Program-made: the position numbers and the translations under genes | The notes under the pieces: model-generated | Database searches by the model: none | What the model saw: the letters and a program-made list of their open reading frames with translations, nothing else | Told to the model about the DNA's origin: nothing | From: Octopus sinensis | Lineage: Eukaryota | Length of the DNA: 64,000 bases | Direction of reading: 5' to 3' | Assembly: GCF_006345805.1 (NCBI RefSeq) | Contig: NC_043003.1 | Coordinates: forward strand, 116,870,001 to 116,934,000 | Shown here: positions 1 to 11,257 of the stretch, in pieces | Layout: each line of letters starts with the position of its first letter | Position numbering within the stretch: the stretch's first letter is position 1

Positions 1-399
1 TTTCACTTCGATATCGACGAGGCGAAAACTATTCTGTATATTCCATAAACAGAAAGAATTTTTTACGAAAGATCAAACGTAGTTACGTAGCCTCTACGAG
101 CTTCAGAAATAACATTTGAGATCAAATTGAATTGAAAACTCTAATTTCAGTCGTTTATCAAAATTGAGTTCACAAGAAAATAATAAAGTATTGTTGATTA
201 GAACAACAGACGGTCGTTGTTAAAACTAATATATATAACAAGATTCAATTTTTCAGTAGGTTATAAAAGCTGAATTGAAATTCCAGACATGGTCCTAGGG
301 TTTCGATAATGACCCAAGTCAGGCTCAACAATATTTCATTGTGTTTTGTTTTCCTATACAAGGGCGATCACCGTTGATACTTGTCGTATTAGTGGTCAT

Positions 400-723
400 C
401 GATTCCCAGACTGGGCGTTGTGAGTGTTTATTGAGCGAAAACACCTAAAGCTCCACGAGCCTCCGGCAGGGGATGGTGGTGATCCCTGCTGTACTCTTTT
501 GCCACAACTTTCTCTCACTCTTACTTCCTGTTTCTGTTGTACCTGTATTTCAAAGGACCGGCCTTGTCACTCTCTGTGTCACACTGAATATCCCCGAGAA
601 CTACGTTAAGGGTACACGTGTCTGTGGAGTGCTCAGCCACTTGCACGTTAATTTCACGGCAGGCTGTTCCGTTGATTCGGATCAACCGGAACCCTCATCG
701 TTGTAACCGACGGAGTGCTTCCA
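400..723 (+). mobile_element. 5'-truncated tRNA-derived SINE (family C, tail type i)
   Basis: Near-identical to the reverse complement of the full-length copy at 42206-42584; starts inside the B box (CGATTCCC) and ends GTAACCGACGGAGTGCTTCCA. Confidence 0.85.
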
Positions 724-1215
724 ATTAGTGGTCATACATATGGTGGCGTCATTTTATAAATCTGCTTTATTTAATTTCTTCTGCAACTGATTGCTCACAC
801 TTCATTTAATCAACGAAAATGTACGGAGAAATATGTAGAAGAAAAATATTTCACAAAATGTTGTTTCTCTCAAAAAAAAAAATGTCTATTAATTTTGTTG
901 GTATTTTCCGACTGTTTTACTTGCTGTCATTCCGGCTACTATTCCTGCTTCATTGTTACAAACACCATCCAGTGGCCTCGAAGATATAACAATGAAGAAA
1001 AGCCAAATACTCCGGCCTAAAATTACAGAAATATTTTTGTTCATCGACCTTGCGATAAGGGGACTCTAAGATCTTAATAGTTCTTTTCGTTTTACTTTTT
1101 TCTTAACCACAAACATTTCGTGTTGTATATCTTAGTCATACTTTCATTTCCATAATCTTTTGCATTATAAATACTGGTTGTTATACTGATTTCAAATTTT
1201 TTATCAAGACCAGTA

Positions 1216-1388
1216 ATTTTTTTCTTGGGGTGGTAGTTACAGTGCTCAACAGGTACTCGTTCTATCGACCCCAAAGGATGAAAGGCACAGCGGACCTCAG
1301 AGGAATTTGAACTCCGGGCGTAAAGCCAGACAAAATTCCGCAAAGCATTATGCCCGGCCTGATAACAATTCTGCCAGCTGGTCACCAC
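1216..1388 (-). mobile_element. Degenerate SINE family A copy
   Basis: Diverged reverse complement of the GAGCTGGCAGAA...GAGTTCAAATTCC...TTTCATCCTTTCGGGGTCGA unit seen at 8400-8631. Confidence 0.7.
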
Positions 1389-1590
1389 CGTGTAGCCTTT
1401 TATTGAATTTTAAATATACTTTAATATTTAAATTTAATTTGCCAAAATATTTTCGTCGCTTTCAGACCGCGACCTGTTCACTGACAAAACCCTTACCACG
1501 CTGCAATTGTTTTCGTTCCAGCACACGATCTCAGATCAGGTCACTTGCTATGCAAGTACATCTCCATAATATACTTTATTTTATACATAA

Positions 1591-1888
1591 CTAGCAGTAT
1601 CGCCCGGCGTTGCTCGGGTTTGTAAGGGAAATAACTATATAAGCATTTTTAGAGAGTTACCTCCCTTATATAATAGCAAAAAAGTGCATTAAAAATGGGA
1701 AAAAATTATGGTAATTTTTTTTTAAATCGTAGACTCATCGTAGACGCGCGCTAATACCCAGAAGGGCTCGATATGAATCACGACTATAAGATACCCGGTT
1801 TCGGTTAAACTGCACCGCAAAATGTGGGAGTAGTTAGGAATCTAAATCGTAGGAGACAGACACACAACTTCACTTTTATATATAAAGA
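1591..1888 (-). mobile_element. Non-autonomous Helitron
   Basis: On the minus strand: 5'-TC(TTTATATATAAAAG), subterminal hairpin CCCGAGCAACGCCGGG, CTAG-3', inserted between A and T with no TSD. Further copies at 21653, 21894 and 25578. Confidence 0.85.
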
Positions 1889-2608
1889 TTTACTTTATTT
1901 TTACTTTGTTTTATATTATTATCTATGAGTCATATATCGGTGGACATCGACAAACTGGTCGTTAGTAGTCTGCTGTATTATTCCTTAAAGAAGTTATACT
2001 GGAAAAGGGGTTCCTGTTGGTTGTCTCACATATACGATGAAATAATTTAATGCGTATTTTTATTTAACACAATTTCAAAACAAAAAACAATAGGATATAA
2101 CAGCGAGTATGTACGTTAAATGGACATCATGACGCTTCTCTCATAAAGTTCGTTTTTTCTAGTTTCAACTAAAATAATTTGAGATAAATATTCCTGGTCG
2201 AACAAGAACTGCAGCAAGAACTTGAGACAAAAATAAATAACAAAACAATAACAACAACAGCACCAGCAGCACCAGCAGCAGCAATATTAGTGTAGTTTGT
2301 ATTAAGAAATAGAGTTATATCAGTAGTGTTGGGAGATATAAATGTCAAGCCTTGATGTTTCGAAACTGATTTATTAGCGTTCAGGGAATTTCACTGTATT
2401 GTCGTTAACTGAAAAAAAAAGTAACCTCTGTCCAGAGTTAGCTCCCTTCCAAATATAATGGCGTTCTCGTATTTGTTATAAGTTTGTCTTTGGTTTCTTT
2501 TTTTTTTGTTTTCATTGTTGTTGTCGGTTTTAAAGTTCTTGTTGATGAGATAGTAGTGTTTTACGATAGTTTTCAATTTACTTTTCAACGTATCTTTTTT
2601 GTTTCAAT

Positions 2609-2812
2609 CTACACACACGTACACGCACACACACACGTGCACACACATACACACACACATACACACACGCACACACATACGCGCACACACATGTATGGCG
2701 CTTCTGTTAGTCTGTGCTTTTATGTTGAAAATCGAATATATTGAAACGAGATATTGATACATACACTGTGTGTTACAAGTATATACATCTACATAAATAC
2801 ATACATACACGA

Positions 2813-2874
<62 letters not shown>

Positions 2875-3025
2875 CGCATTATGTATGTATATATAATCAT
2901 ATATATATGTATGTGTGTATGTAAATATATATATATATATGTGTATGTATATATATATATATACATATATACATACATATATATATATATATATATGAAT
3001 GTATATATATATATGTGTGTATGTA
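2609..3025. repeat. Compound (CA)n/(TA)n/(TATG)n microsatellite
   Basis: Direct inspection; accounts for the H/T/Y/I-rich ORFs here. Confidence 0.9.
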
Positions 3026-3315
3026 TAAAAAGTGGAGTTGTAAGATACCGCACGAGTGGAATTATATATGAAAGAAGGTTTGAAAATGCAATTTTAAGAG
3101 ATGTTTATTTACTTGACCGGTTTCACTATTTTAGAAAAAGATTGTCAAAAGTAACATGTAAAAGCTTTGTTGTGTTAGGTACTGGTTGTCACAAAATATT
3201 ACAATATATACATATACATTCTTTGATAATAATAAGAACCTGTTAAAAACAGTTTACAAGGGAAATCTTGGGAAAATATTTAAAAAAATTGATATATATA
3301 TATTTATGTATGTAT

Positions 3316-3652
3316 ATCACCTTGATCATCTTGTCCGACCAGTCCGTCAGGCGTCCATTTGACACCGCTGGTCACGGCACGCTGTCCACCCCTCTCTGGA
3401 TCGCACCTTTCTCATCCATGTGATCCCAATCGTTCTCCTAAAATCGTAACTCCACCGTCGTGGAGGCCTTTCGAGTGATCGTTTCCGCTCGCGCAGGTAC
3501 TACTCGACAACTGCACGGATCCACCGATTATTGGTGAGCCGGGCGACGTGTCCAGCCCATCTATACTTGCTGCGTGTATACTCTGCGATGACATCCCTCA
3601 CGCCGGACTTCTTTCTGATGATCTCGCTACTTATGTGCTCTCTCAACGAGAC
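3316..3652 (-). mobile_element. RTE-clade LINE 3' end
   Basis: Minus-strand translation VSLREHISSEIIRKKSGVRDVIAEYTRSKYRWAGHVARLTNNRW...RPPRRW, typical of an RTE ORF C-terminus, followed by a short 3' tail abutting a TA-rich tract. Confidence 0.85.
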
Positions 3653-3959
3653 AACGTACCAACAGATCAAATGGAGTTCGGCAGTGATGAAATAGAGGAG
3701 GTAAAAGAATATGTCTACCTGGGACAGGAAGTGAATATGTGCCGAGATATCGAAAAGGAGATCTCACGGAGAGAAAGGGCCGGATGGAAGGCGTTTAATG
3801 GCATAAGGGATGTGCTCAAGGGAAGGTTGGACAGGACAACCCGCGCCAACCTCATCATCAGTACAGTTCTACCTGCAATGTTATATGGTAGCGAAACATG
3901 GGTTACAACAAAGACAGAAGAACAGAGACTGGTAACGGCTCTAAGAGCCATGGAAAGGT

Positions 3960-3964
<5 letters not shown>
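3653..3964 (+). mobile_element. Inverted upstream segment of the same RTE element (RT thumb region)
   Basis: Plus-strand translation EEVKEYVYLGQEV...LPAMLYGSETW...RAMERSL; its end is the natural continuation point of the minus-strand piece. Confidence 0.85.
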
Positions 3965-4003
<39 letters not shown>

Positions 4004-4012
4004 TTCTCCTAT

Positions 4013-4047
4013 GTTTCCGACGAAGAGCTCCGCTCGAAACGTTAAAC
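4013..4047 (+). ncRNA. Minimal type-I hammerhead ribozyme motif (U4->C variant)
   Basis: GTTT-CCGACGA-A-GAGC(TCC)GCTC-GAAAC-GTT-AAAC: stem I GTTT/AAAC, stem II GAGC/GCTC, palindromic AACGTT stem III. Confidence 0.65.
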
Positions 4048-4144
4048 CCTCCTTCTTTCCTTTTTTCCTGAGCGTCCAGTAATACTATATTTTATCCACG
4101 TCCTCGCGTTGTTGTGTTGTTTTTTTGTGCTTTCTTGTTTGGAT

Positions 4145-4146
<2 letters not shown>

Positions 4147-4190
<44 letters not shown>

Positions 4191-4285
4191 CATACATATA
4201 TGTATACATATATATACATACATAAATATATATATACAATATATATATATATGTATATATATATAAGTATATATATGTATATATA

Positions 4286-4323
<38 letters not shown>

Positions 4324-4482
4324 TATATATATACATACACACATACACTGTATCCTATTCATGCACGTACAGTTCGCGACGTACTTTCTTATCTCCATTT
4401 AATGATCTCTACAAATAATAACACTTTCTTTTCTCTTACTTCCTAGTTGTTTCTCTTTTGTTACTTACAGATTTAATCTCTC

Positions 4483-4528
<46 letters not shown>

Positions 4529-4653
4529 CTAAGCAATTACACCATATATTATTGCCACTTTCTACTTTTCTGTTTAACATCTAGCGCTTATATTATTCAT
4601 TACGCATTTCTGGCAATTTTTATCTCTTACTCTCCACTCCGCCTACCTCTCGC

Positions 4654-4737
<84 letters not shown>

Positions 4738-4740
4738 CTT
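4147..4740. repeat. (TA)n tract followed by (CT)n tracts
   Basis: Direct inspection. Confidence 0.9.
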
Positions 4741-5647
4741 CTCACTCACTATCTCGTATGGTTCACTCTGTTTCAATCAATCTATTAATCTATCAATCAT
4801 CAATTTGTATGCAAATGTTCCTGCAATGTGTATGTTTACATATCGATATATTTGTTTTTCCTTAAATTTGAAATAAGTCTGCAATATTTCATTTCATTGA
4901 ACTTCAATTCACACATTCTTAATGCGGTGAAGACGTAGAAATTCTCAAGAACTCGAAAAATCAACGCGGTGTTGTGTATAGAAGGTTCGCTTTATGTTTA
5001 CACTTCTAATCCTGCATCAGTCGGGTTCACTTTCCATTTAATCTGGCTCGACACTGTTAAATCACAACACACTAATGTACTAATCTTTATAAACATATTT
5101 TGTAAACATGCAATTTAATGCGGTGTTGTATGAGGCCTATTAAAACTCTGAATAAATAGCAAATTCCTTCTTCCATTTAGTTACTTCTGTCAAGAGGGGT
5201 AACTTTGTTCTTGCATCGCTCCAGGATCGATGAAATAAGTACAAGGCATATAACCTGTTCAATTTAACTAAACAAAATTTCAACCTACATGAATGAGAGG
5301 AATCTATTTGTGGCCAACAGACGTCGACGTAAATCCGTTTGAATCACTATCTGATTATCTGCTTCCACTTCTATTCATTACTGCTTATCCAGCTTTTCAT
5401 TCCACCATTACTTACAGCGGAAGACTCCAAATGACTATCGTTCGTAATACCTTTTTTCGTTCGGCGTTTACAGCCCTTCTTGTCTTGTTATTTTCCTTGT
5501 CCTGTCTTTTACTGCTTATATTTTGTACTGTCGTTACTGTCCTGTTTTTGTTACCATTTTTACCCCTCTGCAAAAAGATCTCAAATGTTATTTGATTTGC
5601 TTTTCGCAGGAAGGAAAGTTTCTATCGAAGATACGTCTCGCCTTCAC

Positions 5648-5834
5648 CTTCGAAACGTAGAGTAAATGAAACCATGGCGACTGAAGAAGGGGAATTTTCC
5701 TTGTGTTATTTGTCCTGTACTCTATTTATTTATTTTTTTGTTGTTTAAGAAAAATGTCCAGTTCCTTGGGTTTGTGTCTATGTTTTCGTTTCTCATTGTG
5801 TTCGGCTTTTTTTTGTGTCCTGTACTCATATATG
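5648..5834 (+). repeat. Dispersed repeat of unknown class (possibly a Penelope-like terminal fragment)
   Basis: Homologous to the reverse complement of 36444-36623 (CTTCGAAAC...ACTGAAGAAGGG...TTCTCATTGT...CCTGTAC.CATATATG). Confidence 0.55.
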
Positions 5835-6838
5835 CGTGTATATATACATGTAGAGGTAGGTACGTACATATATGTATATATATGCATATGTTTTATTTAT
5901 TAATATATTATATATATATATATAGTTGTTCAAACGATGAATAACCTTCGCGTAAACTATTGGTTCGTTTTGTCCTCTTACTTTATTATCATCTTATAAT
6001 AATGACTTTTATGACTCGTATTACTACCTCAGTCAATCTAAATGTATATATTTGTCACTACCTGTCATAAATAGCATTTTTCTATTTGCAATATGCATTT
6101 TCGTTGATTTTTCATATTTTACCCTTACATTTCCACGTGTATTTTATATTTTCTTTTCGTAACATATTTCTACTATATATATATATATATATTTCTCTAA
6201 TAGAGAAATATAAACTTTTTAGTTACGTAAGCCTAGAAGAGATGATTCTAACATACCCAAAATGAAGTACAAATATCTGTGGATATTTGAATGTATGCAC
6301 ATAGTTAAATATGTGTATGTGTCTGTGCACAACTTATTTTCCAATTTTTTCTGATTCTTAGCTTACAACTAAAATAAAGATAGCAAGATTTAACGCCCCA
6401 GGATCACATAAGTAAATACCCAGAGCAATCTTTATAGAAACCAACCTTATAAGTAAATAATTAAGTACAGGAATGAATATTAGAATAATTCTATGTAATC
6501 CTCCTTTTCTAATGTTGAAAATTTGTATATATACACAGTTTATCGATTTTGGTTTTACTATCATTTTTAGTAATCTTAAATTGTATTTTGATACAAAATA
6601 ATATTGTTTATATACATTCATCCATTGTACCCCTTGAAACATTCCTCTGTTATAACATCATAGATTTTATTAGCGTCTTGACCCTTTAACTGGTAACTAA
6701 CATCTTGATTTACCCAGCCTCCTTTATAGACAATTACTGGGTTGTCATTCCTAAGGTAAGAAATAATTGAGATTCAGTTGAATTAGGTACTTAATTTGAA
6801 GCACCAAGTTATGCAATCATTATATCAATTTAAATTCA

Positions 6839-6909
6839 GGACATATGGCGTAGTCGTTAAGAACACGGGCTACTAACCCCAAGATTCCTAGTTCGATTCC
6901 AGGCAGTGA

Positions 6910-6961
<52 letters not shown>

Positions 6962-7077
6962 TAATAATAATAATAATGATAATAATAATAATCCAACCTG
7001 CTGTTTCTTGAGGTCTCTGGGTGAGACTTGGAGCCAACTTGTACAGACATAAAGCAAAAGTCAAACATAGAATAATG

Positions 7078-7119
<42 letters not shown>

Positions 7120-7317
7120 TAATAATAATAATAATAATAACAACAACAGTAATAATAATAACAACAACAACAACATAAAAAATACCTTAGGAATGAGAAC
7201 CTAGGTTCGAAGTTTCCCCAAGACACCTGATGAAGGCTGGAGGTTATATCAGCCGAAACGTTGTTAACAAACAAGATGAGGACAAATATCCATCAAATGT
7301 AAATAAAGTAAATAATG
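6839..7317 (+). mobile_element. tRNA-headed SINE-like element with (AAT)n linker and 3' hammerhead
   Basis: A-box-like TGGCGTAGTCG (6846), B-box GTTCGATTCC (6891), tRNA-like anticodon arm GGG-CTACTAA-CCC, (AAT)n tracts, then CTGATGA...GAAAC core at 7227-7259. Confidence 0.65.
7222..7266 (+). ncRNA. Minimal type-I hammerhead ribozyme motif
   Basis: GACAC-CTGATGA-A-GGCTG(GAGGTTATAT)CAGCC-GAAAC-GTT-GT: intact core, perfect 5-bp stem II, palindromic AACGTT; stem I only partly paired in this copy. Confidence 0.75.
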
Positions 7318-8399
7318 TGTATATATATATTATGTATGTATGTATGTATGTATGTATGTATGTATGTATGGGGTGTTGTCCTACGACCCATATTCCAGTA
7401 AATGTGAGAGAGAAATGTTTGTACCCTCAAAATATTTGGTTCTTCACAATAACGACCTACCAGCTTTTACATTTGTCCACGATAAACTCGTTTGTACCAT
7501 AGTTTATATTTTCTGGTACACCTTTCACACAACCTTATCCACCACGACCACCACCGCCCACACACGCAACATGTAAGCGCATCTGAACTAGTATCTGTTT
7601 ATGTTTTATCTGTTTTCTTTTGGGAGACGTAACTGTTTTTGTCTATTTTTTTCTTTTCATTTTCGTGATAGATAATATATCACTGCGTTTTCTATTTAAT
7701 TAACCCAACTGTGATGTAAAGGCATTGAAGCGGTTGCGTTGTGTTTGAAATCAGGAAAAAAAAAAACAAATTGGACGAAATTTAAAACTATTATAAAAGA
7801 CTTTCGTTTCGAGTTCTTTTATATCAATCAGCATTCATTCTTCTGCATGCTAATTATCCAATTATCACGCTAAATGCAATTCATTTGTGTGAAGAAACCA
7901 AAAACAAAACCAGAAAAAAGGCATTTTGTGTAGTAAGTGATATGAATATTAAAAAAAATAAAGAAATTGCATATATTAGTATATTTATCATGTATGTATG
8001 CAAAGGTGTAGCGATGTTCTCACATTTTGTGAAAGCGTATACATAAAAAGATGTCAGGACACTTATTAAATTAATTTTCAGTCTTTCTACGTTGTTGTTA
8101 TTTTGTATTTAGATATATAACACAAGGAAATATAATTGTTATTTTGTATTTAAAATCAAACGAAAAAAAACAATCATTTTACATTAAGATCACGAATTTA
8201 TACTTTATTTAAAATCGAAACAAGATGAAGTAGCATTCGTGTTGTTTAATTGTTTATTGTTTTAAGCAAAAAATATAAATGAAGTAGAAGAATGTTTCAG
8301 ACGAACAGCCGAACAAAATGATAATAGGAGTCGTACGGCAGGTTCAAATGTCAAGTAACTGACCATTAACATTGTACGCAAGTTTATCAGTTACTTAAA

Positions 8400-8631
8400 G
8401 GCGGCGAGCTGGCAGACACGTTAGCGCGCCGGGCGGAATGCTTAGTGGTATTTCGTCTGTCGTTACGTTCTGAGTTCAAATTCCGCCGAGGTCGACTTTG
8501 CCTTTCATCCTTTCGGGGCCGATAAATAAAAGTACCAGTTTTGCACTGGGATCGATGTAACCGACTTAATCCGTTTGTCTGTCCTTGTTTGTCCTCTCTA
8601 TGTTTAGCCCCTTGTGGGCAATAAAGAAATA
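8400..8631 (+). mobile_element. SINE family A, full length
   Basis: A-box-like TGGCAGACACGTTAG and B-box GAGTTCAAATTCC. Central GTCGACTTTGCCTTTCATCCTTTCGGGG..GATAAA..AAGTACCAG resembles Deu/Nin-type SINE domains. Tail TGTTTAGCCCCTTGTGGGCAATAAAGAAA. Confidence 0.85.
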
Positions 8632-8651
8632 TATAGTATGTGTTGTATTTA

Positions 8652-9065
8652 GAATCTTTTCGGTTTGAACGGCAGTTTTTTCAAGCGGTATCATATGAAA
8701 TTGTCACTCATAATTATGACCCTAGAATCGATCTATTGCATTTCAATAGGGTTAGTTAGGGTTAGGGTTAGGGTAAGGGTATCTTTTTTTTCTTCACAAA
8801 TGTAAATGAAATCAAGCTGTTTCTTAAACGAGGGACATATTCATACGGCACAGAATGTTGTTTACCTCAATGGACGTCATTGATTGGTTGAAATTGCAGA
8901 AATTGAAGAAACAAAACAACAAATATCTTACAAACTATAGAATTTTCTCAATAAAGCCAAGAGAAAATGATGTTTTATAAACACATTCTACCAGTATACG
9001 AAGTTTACAATTTTTTAATTGCCTAGAAATTATGTTAAAAGCTGCCGTTCAAACCGAAAAGATCC
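8652..9065. mobile_element. MITE with ~25-bp TIRs and internal (TTAGGG)n
   Basis: TIRs ATCTTTTCGGTTTGAACGGCAG / CTGCCGTTCAAACCGAAAAGAT; TTAGGG-type repeats at 8748-8780; right end repeated at 18671-18825. Confidence 0.8.
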
Positions 9066-9151
9066 TATCATTGCATATAATATGTGTTGTATTTATATTA
9101 AGCTGTCCAAAATTTTGGAGCTTAACCTGGCGGACTTATGGATATCTACAT

Positions 9152-10018
9152 TAGCTGAAACGTTAACGCGCCGGGCGAAATGCGTAGCCGTATTTCGTCT
9201 GCCGTTACGTTCTGAGTTCAAATTCCGCCGAGGTCGAGTTTGCCTTTCATCCTTTCGGGGTCGATAAATTAAGTACCAGTTACGCACTGGGGTCGATATA
9301 ATCGACTTAATCCGTGTGTCTGTCTTTGTTTCTTTACTATTCACAAGTGGCTAAACACAGAAAGGACAAGCAAGGACAGACAAACGGATTAAGTCAATTA
9401 TATCGACCCCAGTGCGTAACTGGTACTTATTTAATCGACCCTGAAAGGATGAAAGGCAAAGTCGACCTCGGCGGAATTTGAACTCAGAACATAGCGGCAG
9501 ACGAAATACCGCTAAGCATTTCGCCCGGAGTGCTAACGTTTCTGCCAGCTCGCCGCGTTAGATTGAGCAACCAATATTTATTTCTTCATTGCCCACAGGG
9601 TGCTAAACATAGAGGGGACAAACCAGGACAGACAAACGGATTAAGTCGATTATATCGACCCCAGTGCGCAACTGGTACTTATTTAATCGACCCCGATAGG
9701 ATGACATGCAAAGTCGACCTCAGCGGAATTTGAAATCAGAACATAAAGACAGACGAAATATCGCTTAGAATTTCGCCCGGTGTGCTAACATTTCTTATTT
9801 CTTTATTGCCCACAAGGGGCTACACACAGACAAACAAGGACAGACAAACGGATTAAGTCGATTATATCGACCCCAGTGTGTAACTGGTACTTATTTAATC
9901 GACCCCGAAAGGATGAAAGGCAAAGTCGACCTCGGCGGAATTTGAACTCAGAACGTAAAGTCAGACGGAATATCACTAAGAATTTCACCCGGCGTGCTAA
10001 CGATTCTGCCAGCTCACC
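9152..10018. mobile_element. Cluster of four SINE family A copies (one +, three -)
   Basis: Plus copy ~9152-9330; minus copies ~9330-9557, ~9575-9790 and ~9793-10018. Confidence 0.85.
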
Positions 10019-10688
10019 GTCTTAGAAATGACATCATTGGTATCAGGCAGTGATGAGAAAATGTGATATTTCTATAAGGTATTAGTTAGGAAGTTTTGTG
10101 ACACATACTGAAAGCAAAATAGCCACATTGACTCTCCATTCTATTAAACAATTCCTCGTGTATTCGATCAACAATTCTTTCGCGAGATTTCTCAACCAGA
10201 ATATGAAAGCTTGTCGCTGTAAATTTAACATACAGAAATTCATAAAACATATTTTTCAAAATATTTGTCTAAATATATGTCTAAATATTTGCCTGCCAAA
10301 TATTTGCATACTTATTATTCTTTAAAATACATAAAAATATTCGGTAAAGATAAATATATTGTATCTATTCCGTTGTTTATCTATTTGTATAGCTTTCATG
10401 GTTTATTCAGCCTATTTACGTTTGTGTCCCGTTCGCTATTTATTCAGTTATTTGCGTTTCTGCAAGCAGGAGATAATATTTGCTATTTAATCGTAGAAGT
10501 AAAATTCCTGACGTTATTGCTACATATGATAATTTCTGATATTTTACAACCAAAAGGAAGCACATTTTAAGGTATTTAAAAATCAGGAATTTGCACACCC
10601 ACGCATTACACAAAGACACTGAGATATGTAAATACATACATTTTGGTGAGTAATTTAAAATATGTAAGCAACATATATATGTGTATAT

Positions 10689-10730
<42 letters not shown>

Positions 10731-10781
10731 TAAATTAGTGACAAAAAATTTGGATTTATTCCCTAATATTTATTATATATA

Positions 10782-10814
<33 letters not shown>

Positions 10815-11212
10815 AAAAAATACAAACTGGGACAAGCACGCAAAACATTTTGAAGACGATACAAAAAAACACGGACGGGACATTCGAAGCCTTCAATTTT
10901 CAGCCAAGAACGTGGTCATCCTCGCAATTTCGGCTGATTAATCTTGGGATTGCTCCAATCTGGCCAGCCCCAAGGAAAGACTTAAGTTAAGCGCATTAGA
11001 TTCCTTGGAAGAAAGCTTCGAATGTATACAAAACAAGGACAATATATATATATATATATATATATTAAAATTATCACCGCCTCTAGAGGATGTACCATAA
11101 TTACCAAATGGTGATTATGACCACCTGCACTTGAGAAGGGGAAAGGGGAGATAATGTCAAGATTCAAGAAATTTCCAAATATCACACCCTTATGGTCTGG
11201 GAATAAAGGACA

Positions 11213-11257
11213 GTCGTGCGAAGATGTTTCTGGCGCAATAGCCCTCATCAGCATGAC
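11213..11257 (-). ncRNA. Degenerate type-I hammerhead motif
   Basis: Minus strand: GTCATG-CTGATGA-GGGCTATTGCGCCA-GAAAC-ATCTTCG-CACGAC; stem I 5/6 paired, stems II and III damaged. Confidence 0.5.

Noticed and set aside
2484-3246. Long ORFs rich in H/T/Y/I/V/C, here and at 4092-4418, 13141-14502, 33267-34827, 50011-50423 and 62437-63948
   Set aside because: Translations of di-, tri- and tetranucleotide microsatellites; no coding complexity.
6839-6913. Functional tRNA gene (also the heads at 27721, 42520-42584 and 48528)
   Set aside because: No complete acceptor stem or oligo-T terminator; these are SINE heads.
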